Source: Deltaproteobacteria bacterium
GTDB taxonomy: Bacteria > Myxococcota > Kuafuiibacteriia > Kuafuiibacteriales > Kuafuiibacteriaceae
Length of the DNA: 64,000 nucleotides
Assembly (NCBI GenBank): GCA_040218735.1
Contig: JAVJQW010000061.1
Location: forward strand, 192,001 to 256,000
Reading direction: 5' to 3'
Shown: one piece after another, positions 37,852 to 47,303 of the stretch
How the letters are laid out: each line of letters opens with the position of its first letter
How positions within the stretch are numbered: position 1 is the first letter of the stretch
Translations under genes and position numbers: made by a program
The notes under the pieces: model-generated
The model's database searches: none
What the model was told of the DNA's origin: nothing
The model's input: the letters and a program-made list of their open reading frames with translations, nothing else

Positions 37852-39603
37852 ATGGGTCGCCCCGCCCCCAGGTCCGGATCGCAGTCGTTCATGCCCGAAC
37901 GCATCGGGCGGTACCGGATCATCGGCGAGCTCGGTCAGGGGGGCATGGGCGCGATCTACCTCGGTCGGGCCGACGGCTTGGGCGGCTTCGAGCGGCTCGT
38001 CGCGATCAAGACGATCCATCGCCACCTCTCCGGGGAGCGACAGTTCATCGACATGTTCCTCGACGAGGCCCGCATCGCGGCTTCGATCCGACACCCGCAC
38101 GTCGTGTCGGTCTTCGACGTCGGCGAGGAAGACGGTCGCTACTACATCGCGATGGACTACGTCAGCGGCGACCCGTTCTCGGTGCTCCTCGATCGCACGT
38201 GGGGTCGCCACATCGCGGTCCCCGCGCACGCGATGGCCTACGTGGTCGCGGTCGCGTGCGAGGGCCTGCACGCCGCGCACGAGCTGAAGGACCCGACGAC
38301 CGGCGCATCACTCGGCGTCGTGCACCGTGACATCTGCCCGCAGAACATCCTCGTCGGCTACGACGGCATCGTGCGTCTGATGGACTTCGGCGTCGCGAAG
38401 GCCGCGGGCCAGCTCGCACTCACCAACCCGGGCGTGCACAAGGGCAAGGTCCCGTACATGTCGCCCGAGCAAGTGAAGGGCCACGAGATCGATCGCCGCT
38501 CCGACGTGTTCGCGATGGGCGTCGTGCTCTGGGAGGCCACCGTCGGGCGGCGGCTCTTCAAAGACGAAAACGATCTTCGTAGCGCCGCGCGGGTGCTGCG
38601 CGGCCGCGTGCCACCTCCGTCGACGATCGTCGACGGCTACCCGACCGCGCTCGAGAAGGTCGTGCTTCGGGCGCTCGACCCCGACCCGGGGAGCCGTTTC
38701 CAAACCGCGCGTGAGCTCGGCGACGGCCTCCAGGGCTGCCTCGCCCCCTACGGGCGCTTCAGCTCGGTCGACGTCGCGAACCTGATGCAGGAGCACTGCG
38801 CCGATCGGGTCGAACGAAAGAAGGACATCGAGCGGCGCGCGTCGGTCGCCGCGCTCGACGAGGTCGTCCTCGACCGCAAGACGCGGGAGCTCTTCATCGG
38901 CGATGAACAGCTCCCCTCCCACGACCTCGACGAGGACGTCGGCGAGGAGGACCTGCAGGAGGTCTCCGCCGTGCTCCTCGGTCTCGCGGGTCTCCCGGAT
39001 CCGGCGACACCCGACGCCGCAACCAAGCGACTCGATCTGCGTTCCCCGGGCTTCGTCGTGCTCCGCGGCACCGAGGACGCCCAGGAGCTCACACGTCCGA
39101 TCGGCGATCGAGTCCCCGAGCAGGCTTTCTTCGAGGACGGGTCGAACGCCTCCGCGCCCACGCTGAAGATCGAAGTGGTGGACGACGATGCGGCCTCGCT
39201 GCGCCCGAAGCTCGCGCTGCCCCTCCTCGTCGTGGCGGTGTGCGCCGCCGGCATCGCCGCGGTGATGTTGCTGCAGAGCTCGGACCCCGCACCGCCCTCC
39301 GTCCCGACGGCGACTCGGACCGAGCGGGCGGTCGCGCCCAAGCAGTCGACGCCGCCGAACGACGTCACGACGGCTCCAGAACCCGCCGCCGAAACCTCCG
39401 CGACGACCGCAGAAGCGACGACGGAAGAAACGTCCGAAGAGGCGACGACCGAAGCCGTGACGACCGCGGCGCCCGAGCGGAAGAAGGCCGAGCCGAAACA
39501 ACGGACGCGCCGTAAGCGTCGACGCGCGGCGCCGAAGACGACGAAGACCGAACAGACCCCGAAGGCCCCCAGCCGATTCCTCGTGGGGCCGGAGGACCTG
39601 TGA
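37852..39603 (+). CDS. Membrane Ser/Thr protein kinase
   Basis: GQGGMG, VAIK, HRDICPQN, DFG, SPEQ, TM, Thr/Pro-rich tail. Start uncertain (37837-37891). Confidence 0.92.
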   Translation: MGRPAPRSGSQSFMPERIGRYRIIGELGQGGMGAIYLGRADGLGGFERLVAIKTIHRHLSGERQFIDMFLDEARIAASIRHPHVVSVFDVGEEDGRYYIAMDYVSGDPFSVLLDRTWGRHIAVPAHAMAYVVAVACEGLHAAHELKDPTTGASLGVVHRDICPQNILVGYDGIVRLMDFGVAKAAGQLALTNPGVHKGKVPYMSPEQVKGHEIDRRSDVFAMGVVLWEATVGRRLFKDENDLRSAARVLRGRVPPPSTIVDGYPTALEKVVLRALDPDPGSRFQTARELGDGLQGCLAPYGRFSSVDVANLMQEHCADRVERKKDIERRASVAALDEVVLDRKTRELFIGDEQLPSHDLDEDVGEEDLQEVSAVLLGLAGLPDPATPDAATKRLDLRSPGFVVLRGTEDAQELTRPIGDRVPEQAFFEDGSNASAPTLKIEVVDDDAASLRPKLALPLLVVAVCAAGIAAVMLLQSSDPAPPSVPTATRTERAVAPKQSTPPNDVTTAPEPAAETSATTAEATTEETSEEATTEAVTTAAPERKKAEPKQRTRRKRRRAAPKTTKTEQTPKAPSRFLVGPEDL

Positions 39604-40319
39604 TCCGAACCGCCTTGCTCATCACGCTCGCCGCGTTCGCCGCGACGGGCGAGGAAGACGCCAAATCCACCGCCGCCCGCTACCTCGCCGAAGGCAACGC
39701 CGCGTTCGCGGACGGTCGCACCCTCGACGCGCTCGACAAGTACCGCGCCGCGCACGCCGCGTACCCGAGCCCGAAGATCCAGATGAACATCGGCGAAGCG
39801 CACTTCGCCCTGCGGCAGTACGTCGAAGCGCAGGCGGCGTTCCTGGAGGTCGTGGACGGTTTGCCGGGGACATCGCCCGTGCACATCGCGGCTCGACAGC
39901 GCCTGGAAGAGCTCGACGCCCACGTCGGGCGACTCACCGTGACCAGTGTCCCCGACGCCTCGCTGCGCATCGACGACGGCGAGCCCACGAAGACGCCGCT
40001 GGTCGGCGCGCCGATCGAAGCGGGAACACACCGGCTCGAGCTGTCGGCGCCGACCCACGTCACGGCGGTGGAGTCGGTGACGATCGAGGGTGGTCGCACG
40101 TCGACGGTCGCGGTGAAGCTCGTGCCCGAGATCGTGCCGCCCCGCGCGGAGCCCGAGCCCGAGGGGGAGGGGCTCGCGTGGTGGGTCTGGGCGGGCGTCG
40201 GGGTCGCGGCGGCGGCGACGGTGGCGACGATCTTCGTCGTTGCGTCGGGCTCCGGTGACGACTTCACACCCGGCGGTGAGCTCGGGCGCTCCTCGCTCGA
40301 CGACTGGGGGATGCGTTGA
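39600..40319 (+). CDS. TPR + PEGA domain membrane protein
   Basis: Signal peptide, TPR (EGNAAF..G...AL..Y), PEGA (GRLTVTS.P.ASLRIDD), WWVWAGVG TM. Confidence 0.8.
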   Translation: MIRTALLITLAAFAATGEEDAKSTAARYLAEGNAAFADGRTLDALDKYRAAHAAYPSPKIQMNIGEAHFALRQYVEAQAAFLEVVDGLPGTSPVHIAARQRLEELDAHVGRLTVTSVPDASLRIDDGEPTKTPLVGAPIEAGTHRLELSAPTHVTAVESVTIEGGRTSTVAVKLVPEIVPPRAEPEPEGEGLAWWVWAGVGVAAAATVATIFVVASGSGDDFTPGGELGRSSLDDWGMR

Positions 40320-41776
40320 GGCGCGGCGTCTTCGTGGGGCTCGCGCTGGCGTGCGCGTGCGGCGGGGACGTTTGTGAGGACGGAGCGCCGGCCGCGCAGA
40401 TCACGGTGCAGGTCGCGCCGGCGATCGGCGCGCGCGTCGAACGGATCGACGTCGAGCTCGACCTTGGAGGCACGACGTACACGAACAGCTACGAGACCGC
40501 GGGTCGGCTCGACGACGGCGAGACGGCGTTCGCCGTCGACCTCGGTGCGATGCGCGTGACCGAACCGACGATGCTCGCGGTGCGGGTCACGGCCTACGAG
40601 GCGATGCAGGTCGTGAGCAGCGGCGCGCAACAGGCGACGGTCAGCGCCGACGCATGCAACACGATCGTGGTCGCGCTCGGCGGCGGCGGCGGGTGTGGCG
40701 ACGGGGCGTTGGACGGGGGCGAGGCCTGCGACGGCCAGGCCTTCGGCGACGACAGCTGCCTCGCCCGCGGGCGACGCACCGGCGGTGGCCTGGTCTGCAC
40801 GCCGAGCTGCGTCGTGGATGCCTCCGGGTGCGGGCCGGTGATCGACACACCGGAGGCGCTCGTCAGCGCCGTCGCGGAAGCCAACGCACGGGACGTCGCC
40901 ACCACCATCGCGATCCCCGCGGGCACGTACACGTTGACCGCGCCGCTCGTGCTGTCGGGGCCGGCGATCACGCTGGAGCCGATGGACGGTGTCGTTCGTT
41001 TGAGTGGAGACGTCGCGGTTCGCGTCGAGTCCGCCGGGAGCACGGTGCGCAACTTGGCTTTCGTGGACGTGACCACCGCCGTGGTCATCGACGCGCAGGA
41101 CGTCACGTTCTCGGGCAACGCGGTACGGGCCGAGACACGCGCGGGGGCGGCGTTGGTGCAGGTCGAGATGACCGCGGCCGCCGCGCGGGTGTCCGCGAAC
41201 CACTTTCTGTCCACGCCGACGAGCCAGTCCGCGATCGTCATCGACGGCGCGCAGGACACCCGCGTGGAGATGAACGTGATCGACGGCGCGTACACGTACG
41301 CCGTCGACGTCGCCCGGCCCGGCGGAGCGCTGAAACTCGACCAGAATAGTCTCCGGCTCGGCGCGGGCACGGGGGTGCGGTTCGACGCTCGACCCAACGC
41401 GACGCTCTGCGTGCGCAACAACGCCATCGTGGTCGACGCCAACGCGACGGCGTTCGACGTCTCGATGCAAGCGCGCTTCGGCGCGTGCGACGCGATCGAC
41501 ACCGGCCACAACGCCGTGGGGGGCGCCGGGACGCCCTGCAGCGGCACGTGTGGTCTCTGCGCCGGCGCCGGCCCCCTGTGCGCCGCGGAGGCGGCCTTCG
41601 CCGACGAAGCGCTCTGCCCCGCGACCGGCTCGGCGTTGATCGACGACGGCGCGGACCTCGGACTGGACCTCGTCGACGACGACGAAGCGCGCTTCCTCGG
41701 CGCGCGCCCCGACGTCGGCGCGCGCGAAGCCGGGAGCACCCGCGCCTTCGGCGGCGCGGCCTCGACGTGCCCCTAG
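40316..41776 (+). CDS. Lipoprotein with Cys-rich repeat and right-handed beta-helix (choice-of-anchor Q-like end)
   Basis: LACAC, CGDG..DGGEACDG, IPAGTYTL, parallel beta-helix N-motifs, SALIDDG...PDVGARE. Confidence 0.75.
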   Translation: MRRGVFVGLALACACGGDVCEDGAPAAQITVQVAPAIGARVERIDVELDLGGTTYTNSYETAGRLDDGETAFAVDLGAMRVTEPTMLAVRVTAYEAMQVVSSGAQQATVSADACNTIVVALGGGGGCGDGALDGGEACDGQAFGDDSCLARGRRTGGGLVCTPSCVVDASGCGPVIDTPEALVSAVAEANARDVATTIAIPAGTYTLTAPLVLSGPAITLEPMDGVVRLSGDVAVRVESAGSTVRNLAFVDVTTAVVIDAQDVTFSGNAVRAETRAGAALVQVEMTAAAARVSANHFLSTPTSQSAIVIDGAQDTRVEMNVIDGAYTYAVDVARPGGALKLDQNSLRLGAGTGVRFDARPNATLCVRNNAIVVDANATAFDVSMQARFGACDAIDTGHNAVGGAGTPCSGTCGLCAGAGPLCAAEAAFADEALCPATGSALIDDGADLGLDLVDDDEARFLGARPDVGAREAGSTRAFGGAASTCP

Positions 41777-41859
41777 AACGTGGCGAGGCTGCGCCTCGAA
41801 CGCTCGAGGATCGGCCGAAACGCAGTGCGGCGCATCCTCGCGCTGGCAGGCAACAGCGA

Positions 41860-41960
41860 GCAGCCGGCAGCTTGGGTACCACGATCGTTGCGCCGGTTGT
41901 TTAGGCGGGCTCGAATCAGCGCAGATAAGCGGCCGGAGCGATCTGCTAGCTGCCGGCTGC
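41860..41960. repeat. 13-bp perfect inverted repeat with an inner hairpin, between convergent genes
   Basis: gcagccggcagct (41860-72) pairs with agctgccggctgc (41948-60). Inner gcagat/atctgc (41921-46). Confidence 0.7.
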
Positions 41961-42032
41961 CTCCTGCATGCCCCGGCGGTCGATCCGCGCACCGAACGTC
42001 GGCTTCGTCACGCTTCTCTTGGAGCAAGACAC

Positions 42033-43772
42033 TCAGTACCCGCTGACCTGACCGTCCTTGCGCATCTCGGAGGCGCCGATGAACACGCCGCGCTCGGCGT
42101 CGTAGCGGATCGCTTGGTAGCCGCCGAAGCCTCCGTCGCCGTCGGCGACGCGGTGGCCCTTCTTCACGAGCGCGGCGCGCACCGCGGGCGGGATGCCGCC
42201 CTCGACGAAGAGCGTCCCGACGCCTTCGCTCTCCTCCCCGGTCGGTTGGCTGGAGCCCGCGTGACGCCAGCGCGCGGCGTCGCCGGCCTCCTGTAGGTTC
42301 ATGCCGCGGTCGATCAGGTTCACGAGGATCTGCACGTGCCCCTGGGGCTGCATCGCCCCGCCCATCACCCCGAACGCCATCCACGGCTGGCCGTCCTTCA
42401 TCACGAACGCCGGGATGATCGTGTGGAAGGGCCGCTTCGTCGGCGCGTACACGTTGGCGTGCCCGGGCTCGAGCGCAAACAGCTCACCGCGGTCCTGCAG
42501 CATGAAACCGAGGCCGTCGGGGACGAGGCCCGATCCCATGCCGCGGTAGTTCGACTGAATCAGCGACACCATCATGCCGTCCCCGTCGGCGACCGTGAGG
42601 TAGGTGGTGTCGCCGTCTTCGGGGGGGCTCCCCGCTTCGTACCTCGCCGCCGCGCGCACCGGATCGATCTGCGCGCGCCGTTGCGCTGCGTAGGCTTCGG
42701 AGATCAATCCACTCAGTGGAACACTCGCGAGCGCCGGGTCCGCGTACCACCGCGCGCGATCCTCGAACGCGAGGCGCTTCGCCTCCACCATCAGGTGGAT
42801 CTGTTCCGCCGGCTCCAGCTTTGCGAGGTCGAAGCCTTCGAGGATCGCGAGCATCTGCAGCGCCGCGACGCCCTGTGTGTTCGGTGGGAGCTCGAAGACC
42901 TCGTAACCGCGGTAGCCGACAGAGACCGGCGTGACCCAATCGCTTTCGTGGTTCGCGAAGTCCTCGGCGCTCAGTCGGCCGCCGACGCGTTCGAGGTACG
43001 CGACGATCGTCTCGGCGATCGGTCCGGCGTAGAACGCGTCGCGGCCGCCCTCGGCGATCGCGCGGTAGGTGTTGGCGAGGTCGGGGTTCTTGAAAACCTC
43101 GCCTTCGCGCGGCGGTCGGCCGTCGACGAGGTACGTGGCGCGAGCGTTCGCGAGCTCGACGAACGGGATGCCCTCCGCCTCGTACTTCGCGAAGCGCTCG
43201 AAGTTCAGCGCCCAGTAGTGCGCGATGAGTTGCGTGAGCGGGAAGCCTTCCTCGGCGTAGCGGATCGCGGGCGCCAGCACGTCCTTCATCGGGAGGCGGC
43301 CGAGCTTGCCGTGCAGCGCGAACCACCCGTCGACGGTGCCGGGCACCGTCACGGGGAGCGCGCCGATCGGCGGGATCGTCTCGCGATCCCCGAGCGCGGC
43401 GCGGAGCTGCTCGAGGGTTTGGTTCGCGGGGGAGCGGCCGCTCGCGTTGAGGCCGAGGAGCTGCTTCGACTTCGGGTCCCAGACGATCGCGAACAGGTCG
43501 CCGCCGATCCCGCAGCCGGTCGGCTCCATCAGGCCGAGCACCGCGTTCGCGGCGATGGCGGCGTCGACCGCGGAGCCCCCGGCCTTCAGCACGTCGATCG
43601 CCGCCTGGCTCGCGAGCGGGTGCGCGGTGGCGGCCATGCCGTTCTTCGCGATCACCGGAGCGCGGGTCGCGAAGTGGCGCCCGACGATCCGGTCACCGCC
43701 GGCGAGATCCCTCAGGGGGGCGGGGGCGTTCGCGCAGCCGACGAGCGCGAGCAGGCAGACCCATCGCATCAC
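42033..43772 (-). CDS. ggt: Gamma-glutamyltransferase (lipoprotein)
   Basis: GGSAVDAAIA, GIGGDLF, VPGTV.GW, DTTY (Thr nucleophile), KRPFHTIIP, FGVMGG.MQPQGH. Confidence 0.95.
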   Translation of the reverse strand: MMRWVCLLALVGCANAPAPLRDLAGGDRIVGRHFATRAPVIAKNGMAATAHPLASQAAIDVLKAGGSAVDAAIAANAVLGLMEPTGCGIGGDLFAIVWDPKSKQLLGLNASGRSPANQTLEQLRAALGDRETIPPIGALPVTVPGTVDGWFALHGKLGRLPMKDVLAPAIRYAEEGFPLTQLIAHYWALNFERFAKYEAEGIPFVELANARATYLVDGRPPREGEVFKNPDLANTYRAIAEGGRDAFYAGPIAETIVAYLERVGGRLSAEDFANHESDWVTPVSVGYRGYEVFELPPNTQGVAALQMLAILEGFDLAKLEPAEQIHLMVEAKRLAFEDRARWYADPALASVPLSGLISEAYAAQRRAQIDPVRAAARYEAGSPPEDGDTTYLTVADGDGMMVSLIQSNYRGMGSGLVPDGLGFMLQDRGELFALEPGHANVYAPTKRPFHTIIPAFVMKDGQPWMAFGVMGGAMQPQGHVQILVNLIDRGMNLQEAGDAARWRHAGSSQPTGEESEGVGTLFVEGGIPPAVRAALVKKGHRVADGDGGFGGYQAIRYDAERGVFIGASEMRKDGQVSGY

Positions 43773-43812
43773 CCCGGACCCTACCCAATCTTCGACCGCG
43801 CCTTCGAGGGCC

Positions 43813-43862
43813 GGACAGCGGGGGACAGGTTGGGACAGAAGGGGACAAGGCCAGTTGGGACA
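43813..43862. promoter_or_regulatory. Five GGACA direct repeats, four at exact 10-bp spacing, in the divergent intergenic region
   Basis: GGACA at 43813, 43823, 43833, 43843 and 43858. Confidence 0.6.
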
Positions 43863-43951
43863 GCGTGGGCTCGGTCACGGTCAAGTGGCCACGATCCTTG
43901 GGCCTTCTCGGGGCCCGAGGTCGGGCCCAAAACCTGGATCGTTTCGGCGGC

Positions 43952-44827
43952 ATGAAGCGATTGGCCCTCCCACTCGTGCTCCTGACCGCCTGCGGCGTGG
44001 GTGCCGGCGGTGAGAACGGACGCAAAAGCGGAATGTCGACCTCGGCCGGGACGCTCGGCGTCGCGCTCACCGCGGAAGGCTCATCGAAGGGCCCGGTCGA
44101 CGACGGCGACCTCGACGCGCTCATCGTGCAGATCGTCGAAGTCCGCGTGCACGGCGACGGCGGCTGGATCACGATCAACGACGAGCCGCAGCAGGTCGAC
44201 ATCCTGCGCCTCGGCGAGCACGCGGCGGAGCTCGGCTTCTCGGAGCTGCCCAACGGTCACTACAAGCAGATTCGCCTCGTGGTCGAGGAGGGCTCGGCGT
44301 CCGAGGTCATCACGCCCGACGGCGAGTCGCACCCGCTGAAGACGCCGTCCGGCGAGCAGAGCGGGCTCAAGATCAAGGGCGACTTCGAAGTCGCCGAGTG
44401 CATCGACACCGAGGTCACCCTCGCGCTGGACGCGGGCAAGTCGATCCACGTCCACCGCACCGGCAAGGGCGACCAGTGGATCCTACGCCCCGTCATCCGC
44501 GCGACGACGCAGCAGTACGAGCGCGAAGACTGCGGCGAGGGTGAAGGCGAAGGCGGCGAGCCCGGCACGACGCCCGATCCGAACAACCCCGGCGAAGGCG
44601 GCGGCCTCGACGATCCGAACGGCGGCGAAGGCGGCGGCGAAGGTCCCGGCACGCTCGACCCGCTCGATCCGAACGACCCCAACGGCCAGAACCCCGGCAA
44701 CGGCGGCGAGGGCGGCGACGACCCGAACGATCCCAACGACCCGAACGATCCGTCGGACCCGAACGATCCCGGCAACGGCGGCGACGACCCCACGGACCCG
44801 ACCAACCCCTTCGACCCCGGCGTTTGA
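43952..44827 (+). CDS. DUF4382 lipoprotein with acidic Asp-Pro-Asn/Gly tail
   Basis: Lipobox LTAC, LPNGHYKQIRL, LKTPSG.QSGLKI, DAGKSI, LRPVI, DPN repeats. Confidence 0.85.
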   Translation: MKRLALPLVLLTACGVGAGGENGRKSGMSTSAGTLGVALTAEGSSKGPVDDGDLDALIVQIVEVRVHGDGGWITINDEPQQVDILRLGEHAAELGFSELPNGHYKQIRLVVEEGSASEVITPDGESHPLKTPSGEQSGLKIKGDFEVAECIDTEVTLALDAGKSIHVHRTGKGDQWILRPVIRATTQQYEREDCGEGEGEGGEPGTTPDPNNPGEGGGLDDPNGGEGGGEGPGTLDPLDPNDPNGQNPGNGGEGGDDPNDPNDPNDPSDPNDPGNGGDDPTDPTNPFDPGV

Positions 44828-44839
44828 GAGCAGAGACGA

Positions 44840-45481
44840 ATGACCATGCACGACGCACCCGCACTCCCCCGCCCCGGCACGCGCTCCCTTCACGGCCTCG
44901 GCCTCCCGCCGCCGACGGAGCTGATCCGCATCCCGCAGGTCCTCCGCAGCTCGGACGAAGTGCTCGAGCGCGCGCGCGCCGCCCGACACGATCCCCGCTG
45001 GATGCTCGCGCAGTGGGCGCACCGCGCCGTCGAGATCGGCGGCGGGCTCCTCGACCACATCGAGCGCGACGGGCTCGAAGGTCTCGCGCTCCTCGGTCGT
45101 CACGCCCGCGTCGCGTGGTGGCGCACGAAACGCGCGACGCGTCGTTTCATCAGCGCGCAGCGCCAGGCCGACAGCGTCACGCAGCGGATCTTCGCGCGCA
45201 TCGACACCGCGCGCGGCCGCATTCAGGCGTCGCTCGACGCCCGCGCTGCGCGACGTGGTCTGGACGCACCGCTACCGCTCCGTCGTGTCTCCTCCACCCA
45301 CGACGACCTCGACCGCGCCAAGACCTACGTGCTCGCACCGTTCGGTACCGAGACCGGCAGCGCCCGACTCGGCACCGACACCGGCAGCGCACGGCTCGGC
45401 ACCGATACCGGCAGCGCACGCTCCGATCTGACCGACCAGGTGCGCACTTCTCAGATCGTGGCCGAGTGTCAGGACGCCTGA
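44840..45481 (+). CDS. Hypothetical protein
   Basis: ORF fills the gap between co-directional genes. No family recognised. Confidence 0.55.
   Translation: MTMHDAPALPRPGTRSLHGLGLPPPTELIRIPQVLRSSDEVLERARAARHDPRWMLAQWAHRAVEIGGGLLDHIERDGLEGLALLGRHARVAWWRTKRATRRFISAQRQADSVTQRIFARIDTARGRIQASLDARAARRGLDAPLPLRRVSSTHDDLDRAKTYVLAPFGTETGSARLGTDTGSARLGTDTGSARSDLTDQVRTSQIVAECQDA
45343..45422. repeat. 27-bp in-frame tandem repeat x3
   Basis: cgg(t/c)accga(g/c/t)accggcagcgc.cg.ct, encoding GT(E/D)TGSARL. Confidence 0.85.
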
Positions 45482-45515
45482 ACCGCCCCGCGAGTCGGCT
45501 CCGATCGCACCGACC

Positions 45516-45541
45516 GTAACCTGTCCCACCCCAGTGACGTT
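45516..45541 (+). promoter_or_regulatory. Putative ECF sigma promoter GTAACC-N16-CGTT
   Basis: Same geometry as the 1414 site. About 50 nt upstream of the kinase ATG. Confidence 0.4.
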
Positions 45542-45592
45542 AGTAGGTACAGAGTCAACATCGTTGGAATGCGCTAGAGTCCGCGGACCCCG

Positions 45593-47281
45593 ATGGGTCC
45601 CAACGGTAGCCAGCGCTGTCGCTCCTGTGGACGTCGACTCGAAGAGGTCGCGGTCTGCGAAGCGTGCGGCCTCGACGTCGACGATCGCTGGCTCTTCGAC
45701 ACCCTCGAAGGTCGTTACCGGATCACGGGTTGGATCGGTCGCGGCGGAATGGGTCGTGTCTACCGCGCGGAGCAGCTTCGTCTCGATCGTCTCGTTGCGA
45801 TCAAGGTGCTCGACACCGAGCACCTGAGCCCCACGCGCGCGCTCGAACAGTTCCGCACCGAAGCGCTCGCGGCCGCGCGGCTCGCGCACCCGAACGTGAT
45901 CGCGACGCTCGACTTCGGACGACACCGCGACACGCCGTACATCGTGATGGAGCACGTCGCCGGTTTGTCGCTCGCGGCCGCGTTGGAGATCGAGGGTGCG
46001 CTCGCCGTTCCGCACGCGCTCCAGATCGCGCAGCAGATCGCGCACGCGCTCGGCACCGCCCATACGCATGGGATCGTGCACCGCGACGTGAAACCCGGGA
46101 ACGTGATGCTCGCGAAGCGCGGCCCGATCGAGCAGGCGATGATCCTCGACTTCGGCCTCGCGCGCCTCGCTCCGCACGCGCCCGGCGACAACCGCATGAC
46201 CATCGGCGACGCCGCGCTCGGCACGCCGTACTACAGCGCACCGGAGCAGCTCACCGGGAGCGGCGCCGACGCGCGCTCCGACGTCTACGCGCTCGGCGCC
46301 GCGCTGTACGAGATGCTCACCGGCCGGCCGCCGTTCGTGGAGGGCTCGGTGTTCGAGGTCGCGATGCGCCACCTCCGCGATCCGCCGATGCCGCCTTCGA
46401 CCTACCGCAAGGACGGCGCGATCTACGACGAGATCGACGACCTCGTCCTGACGATGCTCGAGAAGCGACCGCAGGATCGCCCGGCGAACGGGCTGGTGGT
46501 CTACGAGCAGATCCGCGAGCTCTGCGCGTCGCAGCCGCTGGAGTCCTGGCAGCCGTCGTACGTTCCGCACCCCGTCCTCGCGATCGGCGACGCGGATCCG
46601 GCGAGCCTGCGCGACATCGTCGAGCAAGCGAACGGTCGCGTCATGCAGGTCGTTGGCCGCGAGACCGTCGCGATCATGCCGACCGCCGAGATCGCGCTGC
46701 GCGCTTCGCTGCGCTGTCGCCGCGAGCTGAAGGCACGCGTCGGCCTCCACCATGGCCCGGTGCACCAGGAGCTCGGCGAGCACCCCACGGCGTTCGGTGA
46801 GGGCGTGCGCATCGCGGTCGCGTTGTCGCGCCTCGCCAACCCCGGCGAGGGGCTGTGCACCCAAGCGATCTCCGACAACGTCGGCATCTCGCTCGGCGCG
46901 CACCTCGTTCCGAACGGCGACCTCCGTCTCGCCGGCGGCGGCGCCGCGACGATCGAGACGTGGCGCCTGCGCGAGCTCGATCACCTCTCCGCACCGGCGC
47001 GTCCGGTGCTCACTCCCGCGCGCTACGACGAGGGGTACCTCGCCTTCACCTGTCGCTGCGGGCAACAAGGACGGATCGCGGCGCACGTCGACACCGATCA
47101 CGTCCTCACGGTCTGCGCGCGGTGCTCCGTGCGTCTGGCCGTCGCCTTGGATCCGACGCTGGCCCGTGCACCGCACTCGGCCCGCTACACACCTCCCATC
47201 TTCGACGCGATCGAGCCCCCCGAGCCGCGCGCGGATTCTTCCGACGCGCTGCTGATCGAGGAGCTCGCCTCGCTCGACTGA
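45593..47281 (+). CDS. Cytoplasmic Ser/Thr kinase with N- and C-terminal Cys clusters and a degenerate class III cyclase-like domain
   Basis: CRSC..CEAC, GRGGMG, HRDVKPGN, DFG, GTPYYSAPEQ, RVGLHHGPV...FGEGV.IA..L.RLANPG, CRC...CARC. Confidence 0.85.
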   Translation: MGPNGSQRCRSCGRRLEEVAVCEACGLDVDDRWLFDTLEGRYRITGWIGRGGMGRVYRAEQLRLDRLVAIKVLDTEHLSPTRALEQFRTEALAAARLAHPNVIATLDFGRHRDTPYIVMEHVAGLSLAAALEIEGALAVPHALQIAQQIAHALGTAHTHGIVHRDVKPGNVMLAKRGPIEQAMILDFGLARLAPHAPGDNRMTIGDAALGTPYYSAPEQLTGSGADARSDVYALGAALYEMLTGRPPFVEGSVFEVAMRHLRDPPMPPSTYRKDGAIYDEIDDLVLTMLEKRPQDRPANGLVVYEQIRELCASQPLESWQPSYVPHPVLAIGDADPASLRDIVEQANGRVMQVVGRETVAIMPTAEIALRASLRCRRELKARVGLHHGPVHQELGEHPTAFGEGVRIAVALSRLANPGEGLCTQAISDNVGISLGAHLVPNGDLRLAGGGAATIETWRLRELDHLSAPARPVLTPARYDEGYLAFTCRCGQQGRIAAHVDTDHVLTVCARCSVRLAVALDPTLARAPHSARYTPPIFDAIEPPEPRADSSDALLIEELASLD

Positions 47282-47303
47282 ACCCAGAAAGAGAGCCCGA
47301 GCC

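Noticed and set aside
45343-45422. Possible CRISPR-like repeats
   Set aside because: Contiguous in-frame 27-bp repeats with no spacers, and no cas genes in the window.
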